Part shown: piece after piece, positions 1-10,245 of the stretch
Position numbering within the stretch: the stretch's first letter is position 1
How the letters are laid out: every line of letters starts with the position of its first letter
Source of the DNA: an uncultured Candidatus Saccharibacteria bacterium
GTDB taxonomy: Bacteria; Patescibacteriota; WWE3; UBA101185; UBA10185
Assembly: GCA_964615625.1 (NCBI GenBank)
Contig: CAZTQT010000004.1
Coordinates: forward strand, 2,728-66,727
Direction of reading: 5' to 3'
Length of the DNA stretch: 64,000 nt
The notes under the pieces: model-generated
Seen by the model: the letters and a program-made list of their open reading frames with translations, nothing else
The model's database searches: none
What the model was told of the DNA's origin: nothing
Program-made: the position numbers and the translations under genes

Positions 1-1
1 G

Positions 2-988
2 GAAAGCTATTTTTACGCTAAAGAAGCAAAAAAATATAATATACCAATAGTTTTATCTCCAATACATCATGATGTAAGAGAAGTGAAAAAATTTGATGAT
101 AAGTTTGTTTTTGATTTTAGGCGTATTTCTAGAATACTTTTTAGGGATCAGTTTAAAAGAGATGTATTTAAGAATGTTTATAAGTCTATATTTGATAGAA
201 GGATGTTAAAACCTACTTTGTATAGTGTTTTCTACGGTTTCAAAAAAATGCAAAAAGAGGTCTTAGAAATGTCAGAGTATGTTTTAGTGCAGACTGTTAA
301 AGAAGCAGAAGATTTAAAAAGAACATTTAACATTGATTTTAAATGGCAAAAAGTTTTAAACGGTGTTGGGGAAGCTTTTATAAAACCAAAACCTTATAAG
401 AACCCATTTGATTTTGAAGATTACATAATGTGTGTAGGAAGAATAGAGCCAAGAAAAAATCAACTTAGCATAGTAAAAGCAGTAAAAAGATTAAGAGAAG
501 AAGAGGGTTTAGATATAAAGCTGGTGTTGATCGGGAAAGCTAGTAGATTAAAACATTTTGAATACACTACGATATTAAATAAATTTGTAAAAGAAAATAA
601 TTGGATCCATCAAATAGAAGGAGGTATAAATTACAATGATTTACCTTCTTACTATCATTTTGCAAAAGTTTGTGTTTCCGCAAGTTGGTTTGAAACGACA
701 GGTTTAACGAGTTTAGAGGCTTTGTATTGTGGAACGAACACGGTCGCCTCTGGTTTAAGAGCAAAAGAATATCTTGGAAGTTATGCTTCTTTTTGTCAGC
801 CCGATGATGTTGAATCCATAAAAGAGGCAATAAAGCACGAGTATTACTCACCAAGGCCTGTATTAGACAGCAAAATACGAGAGGGATATACTTGGGAAAA
901 TGCTGCTAAAAAGACTTTAGAGGTATATCAGTCGGTTCTTGAAAAAGATGACAATAAAGGATTAAAAAAAGGAAAGAAAAATAAATGA
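2..988 (+). CDS. GT4 family glycosyltransferase (5'-truncated by window edge)
   Basis: Frame is open from base 2; VGRIEPRKNQ and ETTGLTSLEA (ExxGxxxxE) GT-B motifs. Confidence 0.85.
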   Translation, partial: ESYFYAKEAKKYNIPIVLSPIHHDVREVKKFDDKFVFDFRRISRILFRDQFKRDVFKNVYKSIFDRRMLKPTLYSVFYGFKKMQKEVLEMSEYVLVQTVKEAEDLKRTFNIDFKWQKVLNGVGEAFIKPKPYKNPFDFEDYIMCVGRIEPRKNQLSIVKAVKRLREEEGLDIKLVLIGKASRLKHFEYTTILNKFVKENNWIHQIEGGINYNDLPSYYHFAKVCVSASWFETTGLTSLEALYCGTNTVASGLRAKEYLGSYASFCQPDDVESIKEAIKHEYYSPRPVLDSKIREGYTWENAAKKTLEVYQSVLEKDDNKGLKKGKKNK

Positions 989-3837
989 ATTCATTATATT
1001 TAATAGCGATAGCCTTAATATTTGTAGCTTCTTTCTTTTTGATTTTTAGGAATTTTAAGCTTTCTTTGTATGTGTTGTTGACGTTGTCGGTTTTATTACA
1101 TAAGGAACTTTTTAGTTTCTATAGATGGGATTTGATGCCTGTTAGATTATTCATGTTAGCATTGTTTTTTGTGGGAATTGTTAAAACCTACTTTTATGTT
1201 GTTAAACATGGTGGCATCAAATCCCTTCTTCCATACATAAAAGATCCCTTTATAGCTCTACTTTTGCTCATATGGCTAACCCGTGGATTATCAATTATTT
1301 TTTCAAAAAATTTACAAGCAAGTATATTTTTATTTGGGTTCTTCACCACAACAATTGTTTTGGGAATATATTTGTACTTAACTTTCAAAGACAGCCCAGC
1401 TGAATTATTTAAATACCTAAGATTTTTCATTTATTTAGTTTTTGCTCTAACTATATTTGGTTATTTTCAACTTTTTTATTTTTCAAAAACCACTCAGGTA
1501 ATTGGAGCAATGTGGCCTGTTCCAGGAAAAATTCCAAGGGTGGGGTCAACATTTTGGGATGTTAATCATTACGGGGCTTTAATAGCTGCTCTTATTCCTA
1601 TTCTTTTTTCATTTATATTATTTGGAAAAAATAAAAAACTGAGGATTTTGGATGTTTTAATTTTAATTTCATATTTAGCATCTCTTTTGCTGACAAATTC
1701 CAGAACGGCTTGGATGTTGGCAGGTTTCTCTTTTATGTTTTTTGTGACCATAATTCTTATAAGAAAATTTGGAGCCAAAGGAATTTTATATATATTGTTG
1801 GCAATAACATTAGTTTCAGCACCTTTTATTTATGAATACAACCAAAAGAAAAGTAGTTTTAGAAGAATGGTTAGGGATGCTTTTCATTACAGAATTGATT
1901 CTTTTGACTCTCATTTTATGTTGTTAGAAGGAACTTACCAGGTATTTGAGAAATACCCGTTCTTGGGTGGTGGTTACGGATCGTTTTTTGAACATTTTAG
2001 TAAAACAAAAATAGCCGCAGAATTTTTTACTAGAGATACCGCAGCTTTAACAAATAGAGTACCTGCTCATACGATATGGGGAGAATCTTTATCCGAGACA
2101 GGTATTTTTGGAACAGTTCCCTTTGTTATTTTTCTACTTCTTGCTTTGATAGTACCTTTGTATGTTTTTTTTAAAGGTGAAAACAAAGAACAGAGATTTC
2201 TAGGTGGGATGATATCTTCAATTCTTTTTGGATGGTATTTAGCGGGAGTTTTTTACTCTTACAACTCAGAGTTTTTTTGGATTTTAGTTTTTTCATATTT
2301 TATATGGGGAGTTGGGACTGTAGGTAAGGATTGGTTTAAAAAGGTTTTAGAACATTTTTTAACTGATAATAAGGTTATTTTTTATGGGATTTTAACAGTC
2401 GGAGCTTTATTAATATTTTCCGGATTAGGTAAAAACTATCTCATACCTTGGGATGAAGCAATATATGCAAAAGTAGCAAAGAACATGGTTGTAAATGATA
2501 ATTACATGGTTCCTCATTGGGATAGTTTATCTAAAGGTTGGTATGAAAAACCACCTCTTTATATGTGGATGATGTCTGTTCCTATGAGACTAATTGGTTT
2601 TAATTCTTGGTCGGCTCGTTTACCTAGTGCGTTGTTTGGTCTCCTTACCATTGTCTTAGTTTATCTTTTAGCTAAAAAATTATTTAATAAAACAACGGCT
2701 TTTATCTCCTCATTGGCTTTAATGACAACTGTACATTTCTTATATTATTCTCGTGCTTCAATGCTAGACGTTACGACTACCTTTTTTATAACCCTAGCTT
2801 TGGTACTGTATTGGAAGGCAAAAGAATCTGAAAAGTATCTTTACTGGGTTTTATCAGGATTATTTATAGGAGTTGCCGTTATGGTAAAAGGAGTTGTAGG
2901 CTTTTTACCTTTCTTGGTAGTAGCAGTTTATGAGATTGTTCTTTATATTTTCTTTAAACAAAGGTTTAGCAAAAAATTATTTTTGAGTTATTTTTTAACA
3001 TTTTTTTCAGCCTTGATTATTGCAGGCCCCTGGCATTTTGCCATGTACAAGATGTTTGGAAAAGAGTTTATAGACAAATATGTTCTTTACCATGTTTGGG
3101 ATAGAGCTACTACAGTTATAGAAGATAAAGGTAATCCTTTTTATTGGTATTTAATAGTTATGAAGGTGAGCATGAGGATTTGGTTTGTTGCTTTGTTAGG
3201 GGCTCTCCCATATTTTTTGTTTAAATCTTATAAAAAAGATAAAAAGCACGTGTTTTTATTGGTTTGGGCAGTTGTAATATTTTTGTTTTTCTCAATAGCT
3301 AAATCAAAGCTTGTATGGTACATAATTCCAATATACCCAGTTGTGAGCATAATGGTAGGAGCTTTTTCAGATAGAGTCTTAAATTTTGTTATGGAAAAGA
3401 GGAAAGAGTTAAATAACAGGATGTTTAAGATATTTGCTGTGTTTTCTGTTTTTGTGTTTTCTCTATTTTACTTATTTTGGAATAGAGAAATGGTTTACAC
3501 ATCGGATCTTAACGGTCCTCAGGCTAAATTACTTATCCTCAAAGACAAATTATTTGGTAGTGATCAGCTTGTTTACTTGGATAGAATAGAGATCCCAACG
3601 GCTCTTTTTTACACAGACGGTCCCTTTATTGTTATTGATGCAAATTTTAAAGATAAAAGTAGAATCCCCATGGTAGATGAGGATGAACCTTTGGTTGTTA
3701 TAAGTAAAAAAGGAAGGTACGAAACAACTGTACCTGGTTACACCAAAAATCCAAAAATAGTTAAAGAGTATGATCCATGGGTTTTGTGGTACATATCTCC
3801 TGAAACACGGGAACTTTTGATAAGCGCTGACGATTAG
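985..3837 (+). CDS. Fusion of O-antigen ligase/Wzy_C-like domain and ArnT/PMT (GT83/GT39)-like glycosyltransferase
   Basis: N-half: STFWDVNHYG, TNSRTAW, PAHTIWGESLSETG; C-half: WDEAIYA, YEKPPL, ARLPSALFG, KLVWYIIP; many TM helices. Confidence 0.75.
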   Translation: MNSLYLIAIALIFVASFFLIFRNFKLSLYVLLTLSVLLHKELFSFYRWDLMPVRLFMLALFFVGIVKTYFYVVKHGGIKSLLPYIKDPFIALLLLIWLTRGLSIIFSKNLQASIFLFGFFTTTIVLGIYLYLTFKDSPAELFKYLRFFIYLVFALTIFGYFQLFYFSKTTQVIGAMWPVPGKIPRVGSTFWDVNHYGALIAALIPILFSFILFGKNKKLRILDVLILISYLASLLLTNSRTAWMLAGFSFMFFVTIILIRKFGAKGILYILLAITLVSAPFIYEYNQKKSSFRRMVRDAFHYRIDSFDSHFMLLEGTYQVFEKYPFLGGGYGSFFEHFSKTKIAAEFFTRDTAALTNRVPAHTIWGESLSETGIFGTVPFVIFLLLALIVPLYVFFKGENKEQRFLGGMISSILFGWYLAGVFYSYNSEFFWILVFSYFIWGVGTVGKDWFKKVLEHFLTDNKVIFYGILTVGALLIFSGLGKNYLIPWDEAIYAKVAKNMVVNDNYMVPHWDSLSKGWYEKPPLYMWMMSVPMRLIGFNSWSARLPSALFGLLTIVLVYLLAKKLFNKTTAFISSLALMTTVHFLYYSRASMLDVTTTFFITLALVLYWKAKESEKYLYWVLSGLFIGVAVMVKGVVGFLPFLVVAVYEIVLYIFFKQRFSKKLFLSYFLTFFSALIIAGPWHFAMYKMFGKEFIDKYVLYHVWDRATTVIEDKGNPFYWYLIVMKVSMRIWFVALLGALPYFLFKSYKKDKKHVFLLVWAVVIFLFFSIAKSKLVWYIIPIYPVVSIMVGAFSDRVLNFVMEKRKELNNRMFKIFAVFSVFVFSLFYLFWNREMVYTSDLNGPQAKLLILKDKLFGSDQLVYLDRIEIPTALFYTDGPFIVIDANFKDKSRIPMVDEDEPLVVISKKGRYETTVPGYTKNPKIVKEYDPWVLWYISPETRELLISADD

Positions 3838-5069
3838 ATTGATTTAGATTTTTGAACTTTTCTTATTAAAAGAACACTTAAAACAAGTGAGAATATTGAA
3901 GACAAAAGATTAGATAAAGATAATCCTTTTAGATTAAGGTTTGGTATAAACAACCACGAAAGCGCTAAAAACAAAACAAGTCTTCCAACATTTATGTACA
4001 TTATATAATTTGTCTTATTTTCTATAAAAAAGTAATTTTCCATGAACATTTGAATAGAAGTAAAAGCGCTGGCAAAAACAAGAAAACTAAGGAGAGGTAG
4101 TGATTCTGAAAACTTGTCTCCAAAAAATTCCGAAACAAAGAACTTTGAAGCAAAGGTGCCAAAAAACGCCATGAGTATTACTAATAGGGAAATAATAAAA
4201 ACTTCTTTAAAGTTGTATTTCTCATTTCTCTTTTTGGCATAGGCGTTTTTTGGCAACAGAACCGTAAATATAGATACGGAGGCCAGATAAAGTATATTAG
4301 ATATTTTTTCAGCTAAAGAATATATCCCAACATTAGAGAAACTACCTGTGATTTTAGCTATTGAATTTGATAGAGATGGCCAACCTTCGTGTATTAATTG
4401 GGAGATTCCAGCAGGAGAAGATTTGGTTAAATATTCCTTTGTTTTTGAAAAATCTAGTTTGAATTTTTTAATTTCATCCAATAAGGAAATAGATAACAAT
4501 GAGCTTGAAAATATTGAGAGTGAAAATATGCCAAAGGAAACATCAAGATTTATTTCCATTTTTCCTGTAAGTATTAAGATTGCGGAAACCCCCTTGATAA
4601 TTGCTGGAAGGGTATTTAGGGAAACTAAATGAAAAAACTTTTCTTTTTTCTGAAAGAAGGCGTTTAGAGTGTAATTTATGCAGTAAGCTATAAGTCCCAG
4701 TACAAAATATAACGATAAAGTTAAACTTCCTAAATTTAGAATTTTTAATACAACAATTGATACAGGTATAGAAAATAAAAGAAGAATTATTTTTAAAGTA
4801 TAGAAAATATTTGTCAGTTTTTTATCTTCTGTAGCAATTGAATCTGCTACATACACTGAATTTGTCCCAAAATCTGTAAGTTTAGAAATTGCCACTAAAA
4901 GAGTGCTTAAAAGGGCATATTTTCCAAAAGAGCCTGTATCTAGTATTTTTGCCACAGAAGATATAAATAAAAACCCTAAAAGGGCGTTTATTATATTTCC
5001 TGCACCAACAAGAATTATCTTTACAAAAGACCTTTTCACTAAAATATATCTTACCAAAATTGAAGCCAA
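3834..5069 (-). CDS. Wzx-type oligosaccharide flippase (true start possibly GTG at 5039)
   Basis: About 12 TM helices, FGKYAL, DFG and VGIYSLA motifs; glycan locus context. Confidence 0.8.
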   Translation of the reverse strand: MASILVRYILVKRSFVKIILVGAGNIINALLGFLFISSVAKILDTGSFGKYALLSTLLVAISKLTDFGTNSVYVADSIATEDKKLTNIFYTLKIILLLFSIPVSIVVLKILNLGSLTLSLYFVLGLIAYCINYTLNAFFQKKEKFFHLVSLNTLPAIIKGVSAILILTGKMEINLDVSFGIFSLSIFSSSLLSISLLDEIKKFKLDFSKTKEYLTKSSPAGISQLIHEGWPSLSNSIAKITGSFSNVGIYSLAEKISNILYLASVSIFTVLLPKNAYAKKRNEKYNFKEVFIISLLVILMAFFGTFASKFFVSEFFGDKFSESLPLLSFLVFASAFTSIQMFMENYFFIENKTNYIMYINVGRLVLFLALSWLFIPNLNLKGLSLSNLLSSIFSLVLSVLLIRKVQKSKSI

Positions 5070-5134
5070 ATTATGCTGTTGGTATAATTATAGGACTTAC
5101 ATTAGTTGTCTTAAACCAAGTAAGTATAAGAAAT

Positions 5135-6139
5135 ATGCCACAAAAAAAGTTATCTTTCATAATAGTTAATTACACAACAAGGGGTTTAATAGAGAAAAAT
5201 ATAACCAATCTTCTTAGTTCTTGGGATAATTGTGAAATAATATTTGTTGATAATGACTCTCCCGATGGTTCCGCGGATTTTGTTGAAGAAAGGTTCGGAA
5301 ATGAGTCTAAGGTTAGATTGATAAGAAGTCAGAACAGAGGTTTAGCTAGTGGTTATAACCAAGGTTTAAAAATATGTACAGGAGATTATATTGTATATCT
5401 TGGAACAGATGCTTTTCCTACCCGCGATGTTCTAGATTCAATGGTTTCATACATGGATGAGAACACAGACGTTGGGATTGCTACACCAAAACTTTATTTA
5501 CGAGACGGTTCTATTGATCTGGACGCTCATAGAGGTTTTCCTACACCTTGGGTTTCTTTAACCCATTTTTCGTACTTAGATAGATTGTTTCCGAAATCAA
5601 AGCTGTTTAACGGTTACTCAAGAAAATATGAAGACTTTAACTCTATTCACCAGATAGACGCGTGCATATCCCATTTCATGTTTGTACGACCAGAAGTTCA
5701 TAAAAAAATTGGGACATGGGATGAGGATTATTTTTTATATGGTGAGGATATAGATTTTTGTTATAGAGCTAAAGAAGCGGGATATAAAGTAATGTATCTT
5801 GGGAATCTAAAAGTTCTCCATTACAAAGGAGCATCAGTTGGTCGAGATACAGCTAGTGATATAGAAAATGCTATGAATACCGATTTTGATCAAATATCTT
5901 TTAAAGGACATGTTTATAAAAAAGACGCTGAAAAGTCTAAAAATGGAAAAAGTGGTTTTAGTACTAAAACATGGATGAAAATAAAAATATCTAAGGAATC
6001 AACCAAAGCTATGAAAACTTTTTACAATAAACATTTTGCAAAGAAATACCCATTTTTCGTAAATTGGTTTGTATTATTTGGTATAAATGTAAATGAGTTT
6101 ATAAGGACGCTAAAAGTTTTTATGGAAAGTTTTAGATAA
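5135..6139 (+). CDS. GT2 family glycosyltransferase (rhamnosyltransferase-like)
   Basis: FIIVNY, VDNDSPDGS, WDEDYFLYGEDIDFC; ATG at 5135 preferred over TTG at 5060. Confidence 0.85.
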   Translation: MPQKKLSFIIVNYTTRGLIEKNITNLLSSWDNCEIIFVDNDSPDGSADFVEERFGNESKVRLIRSQNRGLASGYNQGLKICTGDYIVYLGTDAFPTRDVLDSMVSYMDENTDVGIATPKLYLRDGSIDLDAHRGFPTPWVSLTHFSYLDRLFPKSKLFNGYSRKYEDFNSIHQIDACISHFMFVRPEVHKKIGTWDEDYFLYGEDIDFCYRAKEAGYKVMYLGNLKVLHYKGASVGRDTASDIENAMNTDFDQISFKGHVYKKDAEKSKNGKSGFSTKTWMKIKISKESTKAMKTFYNKHFAKKYPFFVNWFVLFGINVNEFIRTLKVFMESFR

Positions 6140-6141
6140 TT

Positions 6142-7305
6142 ATGGATAAAAGTAAAAAAATAGGAATAGATGGAAGATTCTACGGTAAGGCTGGTCCAGG
6201 AAGATATACAAAAAATATAATAAAACATTTGGAACAGGTCGATACCGTCAACAAGTATGTAGTTTTTTTGAAAAAAGATAATTTTGATGATTATGTGCCT
6301 TCAAACCCCAACTTTAGTAAAGTTCTTGCAGATTATCCTTGGTACTCGTGGGCTGAACAGACCTCCTTTCTTTTTAAAGTAATGGAGCAGAAATTAGATC
6401 TCTATTATGTTCCTCATTTTAATATTCCAGTTTTGTATCCAGGAAAAATAGTAACCGCCATTCCCGATATGATTATGCACACATTTAGTACTGAAAAAGG
6501 GACAACTCTTTGGAAACCTTATTTTAGATTTAAAAAACTTGTCTACAGAATAGTGTTTAAATGGTCAGTTATAAGATCTTACAGGGTTATAGTGCCTACA
6601 GAAGAAGTGTTTAGAGATTTTAAGTCAGTTTACCCAGACATATCTGATGATAAGTTTGTTGTAGCTACAGAGGGGGTCGATCCCGATCTAATGTCGGCAG
6701 ATCCGGGGGATACAAAAAAAGTTTTAGAAAAATATGGAATAAAAAAGCCCTTCCTTTTGTATCTTAGCAGTATGTACGAGCATAAAAATGTCCCACGTTT
6801 GTTAGAAGCTTTTAAAGAATTAATTGAAAAATATAAATTCAATGGTCAGTTAGTTTTAGTTGGTAAAAAAGATAAATTTTCTGAAAGAATACAGAGTTTG
6901 GTCGGTGAGATAGGTTTGGAGGGAAGAGTTTTGATGCCAGGTATGAGCTCTTTTGTATCAGATGCTGAAACAGTCGCTTTAAGAAAAGAAGCTGAGGTTT
7001 ACGTTTTCACTGCATTGAAAGAGGGTTTTAGTTTAACTCCTTTAGAAGCTCAGTATTTTGGTTTGGCTTGTGTTATATCGGATATTTCATGTCATAGGGA
7101 AGTATACGGGGATTCTGTTTTATATTTTGATCCTTTTAACGTTCAGGACATGTCTAAAAAGATTAACGATGTCTTATCTAATAAGGAGTTAAAAGAGGAT
7201 TTAATAAAGAGAGGATATGAAAGGGTGAAAATATATAACTGGCTACACACTGCTGAAAAAACTTTAGAGGTTTTTAACGCAGCTCTTGATAATGTTCGTG
7301 ATTAG
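6142..7305 (+). CDS. GT4 family glycosyltransferase
   Basis: IGIDGR, GPGRY, HKNVPRL, EGFSLTPLEA. Confidence 0.9.
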   Translation: MDKSKKIGIDGRFYGKAGPGRYTKNIIKHLEQVDTVNKYVVFLKKDNFDDYVPSNPNFSKVLADYPWYSWAEQTSFLFKVMEQKLDLYYVPHFNIPVLYPGKIVTAIPDMIMHTFSTEKGTTLWKPYFRFKKLVYRIVFKWSVIRSYRVIVPTEEVFRDFKSVYPDISDDKFVVATEGVDPDLMSADPGDTKKVLEKYGIKKPFLLYLSSMYEHKNVPRLLEAFKELIEKYKFNGQLVLVGKKDKFSERIQSLVGEIGLEGRVLMPGMSSFVSDAETVALRKEAEVYVFTALKEGFSLTPLEAQYFGLACVISDISCHREVYGDSVLYFDPFNVQDMSKKINDVLSNKELKEDLIKRGYERVKIYNWLHTAEKTLEVFNAALDNVRD

Positions 7306-8440
7306 ACTTATTTCCTTTGAAGGTTGTTGTTTTTAATATTTCCAGAGTTTCTCTGGCTGTGTTTTCCCAAGAAAAAAGATTGGCCCTGTTTAGTAGCTCT
7401 TGTTTGTTGTATTCAGAATATGCAAGTTTATGTATTCCATCTTTAATATTTTCAATGTTGTGAGGATTTGCATAAAAGGGTAGATAATCCCCGACTTCTC
7501 TGTGGGCAGGTATATTTGATACAACACTTGGTGTACCGCAAGCCATTGATTCTAAAAGTGGTAGCCCAAAACCTTCTTCAAAGGACACATTTACATATCC
7601 TTTTGATCCTGAGAAAAGTGCTGGTAAATCTTCTGAAGGGACTCTTCCTATGAATTTAACATTTTCCTGTACACCGAACTTTTGTGGTGCTGCTAAAGAT
7701 TCTTCATAATCCCAACCGTTTTTTCCCGCAATAACAAGTTTTAAATTTTTCATATCTTGGTTTTCATATATGAACTGACTAAAAGCTCTAACTAGATTTG
7801 GAATATTTTTTCTTGGTTGGATTGTTGATACAAAAAATATGTAGGGATCTTTACCTAACTCGTATTTTTCTCTTATTTCTAAAATTTCTTCTTCCTCTCT
7901 TGGATAAAAATCTTTAGAAACTCCTTCATAAACGACGTCTATTTTTTCTCTTCCAACTCCCCAATTTCTTTTTATAATTTCATCTCTTGTTGCATTGCTG
8001 GGAACAATTATTCTGTCAGATTTTTTAATAGCGTATTTAATGGGTCTTTCTATGAAAAGTCTTTTTAAAATATTTTTGTAACCTTTTGTATATTTTTGCT
8101 CTAACCCGTGAATCATAACCACATATTTGGTTTTAGGGTTCCTTCTAAAAGGTATGGTGTGTATGGCCGTGAAAAAAACATCCACGTGATTTTCCAATAA
8201 TTCCCTAGCAAGCCCTTTTTGAGTCCACATTCTTTTATGATCTATAAATTTAAATTTAAAATTTTTATTTTCCCCTGATATCTTTTTTATAAGATCTTGA
8301 GTAGGTTCTTTGCTTAAATAAACTGTATACTCATTTTCATTATCAATTTTTGCCAGGGCTTTAAATAGATTTATAGTGTAAAGTTCTGGTCCAGCTGGGT
8401 TTTCATCTTGTATAACTTGTCCGTTAAGTCCTATTTTCAT
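7274..8440 (-). CDS. GT4 family glycosyltransferase
   Basis: STIQPRKN, EGFGLPLLESMACG. Confidence 0.9.
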   Translation of the reverse strand: MKIGLNGQVIQDENPAGPELYTINLFKALAKIDNENEYTVYLSKEPTQDLIKKISGENKNFKFKFIDHKRMWTQKGLARELLENHVDVFFTAIHTIPFRRNPKTKYVVMIHGLEQKYTKGYKNILKRLFIERPIKYAIKKSDRIIVPSNATRDEIIKRNWGVGREKIDVVYEGVSKDFYPREEEEILEIREKYELGKDPYIFFVSTIQPRKNIPNLVRAFSQFIYENQDMKNLKLVIAGKNGWDYEESLAAPQKFGVQENVKFIGRVPSEDLPALFSGSKGYVNVSFEEGFGLPLLESMACGTPSVVSNIPAHREVGDYLPFYANPHNIENIKDGIHKLAYSEYNKQELLNRANLFSWENTARETLEILKTTTFKGNKSNHEHYQELR

Positions 8441-8472
8441 ATCTATTTAATTATATAGGTATAATATACATA

Positions 8473-9579
8473 ATGAAATTAGCCATTGTTTGTGATGATT
8501 TAATACAAAAAGGTGGTGCAGAAAAAGTTGTGGAAAAATTGTCAGACATCTTTCCTGATGCACCTATTTACACTAGTGTTATCTCAAAGGAGTGGTCAGA
8601 TAAATTTGAAAAAAAAGGTAGAAAAGTAGTAAGTTCATTTTTACAAAAATTTCCATTTTCAGTTAAATTAAATAGATATTACGCACCACTGTTTTTACAT
8701 GTTTTGGCTTTAGAGAGTTTTGATTTCACCGAGTTTGACGTCGTCATATCTAGTTCATCAAGATTTGCTCATTTTATTATTACTAAGCCTGGTACAAGAC
8801 ATATTTGCTACATGCACTCTCCAGGAAGAATGTTTTGGGAACCTTTTGATTATTTTGAAAATGAAAATTACGGAATTTTAAGACCCATAAAATTTTTATC
8901 CAAACCTTTTTTAAGGTTTTCCTTATTTTACTACCGAATGATAGATCTCAATGCTTCAAAAAGAGTAGATATTTTTATTGCTAATTCAAAAGATACTCAA
9001 AAGAAGATTCAAAAATATTATCGCAGGGACTCTGAAATTATCTATCCTTTTATAAAATTTAATAGTTTTAAAGACGTTAAATATTCTGATGAAGATAAAT
9101 ATTTAGTCGTTACCCGTTTATCTTCTTGGAAAAAAGTAGATATTGCAATAAAAGCTTGCGAGAATTTAGGGCTAAAATTAAATGTTATTGGCAGTGGCCC
9201 AGATATTGAAAGGCTTAAATCTCTGGTTGGAAACAACACACGTATATTAGGTCATGTTGAAGATGACGTTAAACTTAAAGAAATGGGTAGTTGTAAGGCA
9301 GTTATAATTACCCAAAAAGAAGATTTTGGGATAGTTCCTTTGGAAGTAATGTCTTGCGGAAAACCTGTAATAGCCTTTGGAAAAGGTGGTGTTAGAGAAA
9401 CAGTAATTGAAGGCATAACAGGAGAGTTTTTTTTAGAACAATCTTCAGAATCTTTGGAAAAAGTATTAAAGAATTTCAATTATAAAAAATATTCTAGGGA
9501 AAACTGTATAAATAGGGCTAAAGAGTTTGATGAAAAGGTCTTTGAGGATAAAATAAAAAATATAGTGGATAATGTATAA
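8473..9579 (+). CDS. GT4 family glycosyltransferase (mannosyltransferase-like)
   Basis: GGAEKV, EDFGIVPLEVMSCGKPVIA. Confidence 0.9.
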   Translation: MKLAIVCDDLIQKGGAEKVVEKLSDIFPDAPIYTSVISKEWSDKFEKKGRKVVSSFLQKFPFSVKLNRYYAPLFLHVLALESFDFTEFDVVISSSSRFAHFIITKPGTRHICYMHSPGRMFWEPFDYFENENYGILRPIKFLSKPFLRFSLFYYRMIDLNASKRVDIFIANSKDTQKKIQKYYRRDSEIIYPFIKFNSFKDVKYSDEDKYLVVTRLSSWKKVDIAIKACENLGLKLNVIGSGPDIERLKSLVGNNTRILGHVEDDVKLKEMGSCKAVIITQKEDFGIVPLEVMSCGKPVIAFGKGGVRETVIEGITGEFFLEQSSESLEKVLKNFNYKKYSRENCINRAKEFDEKVFEDKIKNIVDNV

Positions 9580-9603
9580 TAACTTTTAGCCTATCTTTAG
9601 AAT

Positions 9604-10245
9604 ATGTTCTATAGAAGATACATAAAAAGGATTATAGATATAATTGGAGCTTTAGTTGGAATATTAATTTTTACGCCTGTTATGGCGGCAGTTTCCGTTT
9701 TTATAAAAGTTGTTTCACCAAGTGGTCCTATTTTGGCAGATATACCTGATAGAGTTGGTAAAGACAGGAAACCTTTTAGGTTTTATAAATTTAGATCCAT
9801 GTATCCAAATGCTCATGAGCTTTTGAAAAAAGATAAGGATTTATACAAAAAATATGTTGAAAATAATTATAAACTCAGCACAGATGAAGATCCGAGATTA
9901 ATTAGAGGTGGGGGGTTTTTGAGAAAGTCTAGCATAGATGAGTTTCCACAATTCTTTAATGTCTTAAAAGGAGAGATGAGTTTAGTTGGCCCACGTGCTT
10001 ATTATTTTGATGAAGTGGAAGATCAGTTAAAAAGATTTCCTGAGGGTAAAAATTATATAGATAAGGCTATGAGCGTAAAGCCGGGAATAACAGGGCTTTG
10101 GCAAGTGAGTGGTAGATCAGATATAGGTTTTTTGGATAGATTAAAATTAGATGCAGAGTATGCTGATAATGTATCGTTGGTGTATGATTTAAAGATAATT
10201 TTAAAAACTCCGTATGTAGTTTTATTAGGAAAAGGAGCTATTTAA
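9604..10245 (+). CDS. Priming sugar transferase (Bac_transf, WcaJ/CpsE-like C-domain)
   Basis: KRIIDI, YKFRSM, SIDEFPQFFNVLKGEMSLVGPR, KPGITGLWQVSGRS. Confidence 0.92.
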   Translation: MFYRRYIKRIIDIIGALVGILIFTPVMAAVSVFIKVVSPSGPILADIPDRVGKDRKPFRFYKFRSMYPNAHELLKKDKDLYKKYVENNYKLSTDEDPRLIRGGGFLRKSSIDEFPQFFNVLKGEMSLVGPRAYYFDEVEDQLKRFPEGKNYIDKAMSVKPGITGLWQVSGRSDIGFLDRLKLDAEYADNVSLVYDLKIILKTPYVVLLGKGAI

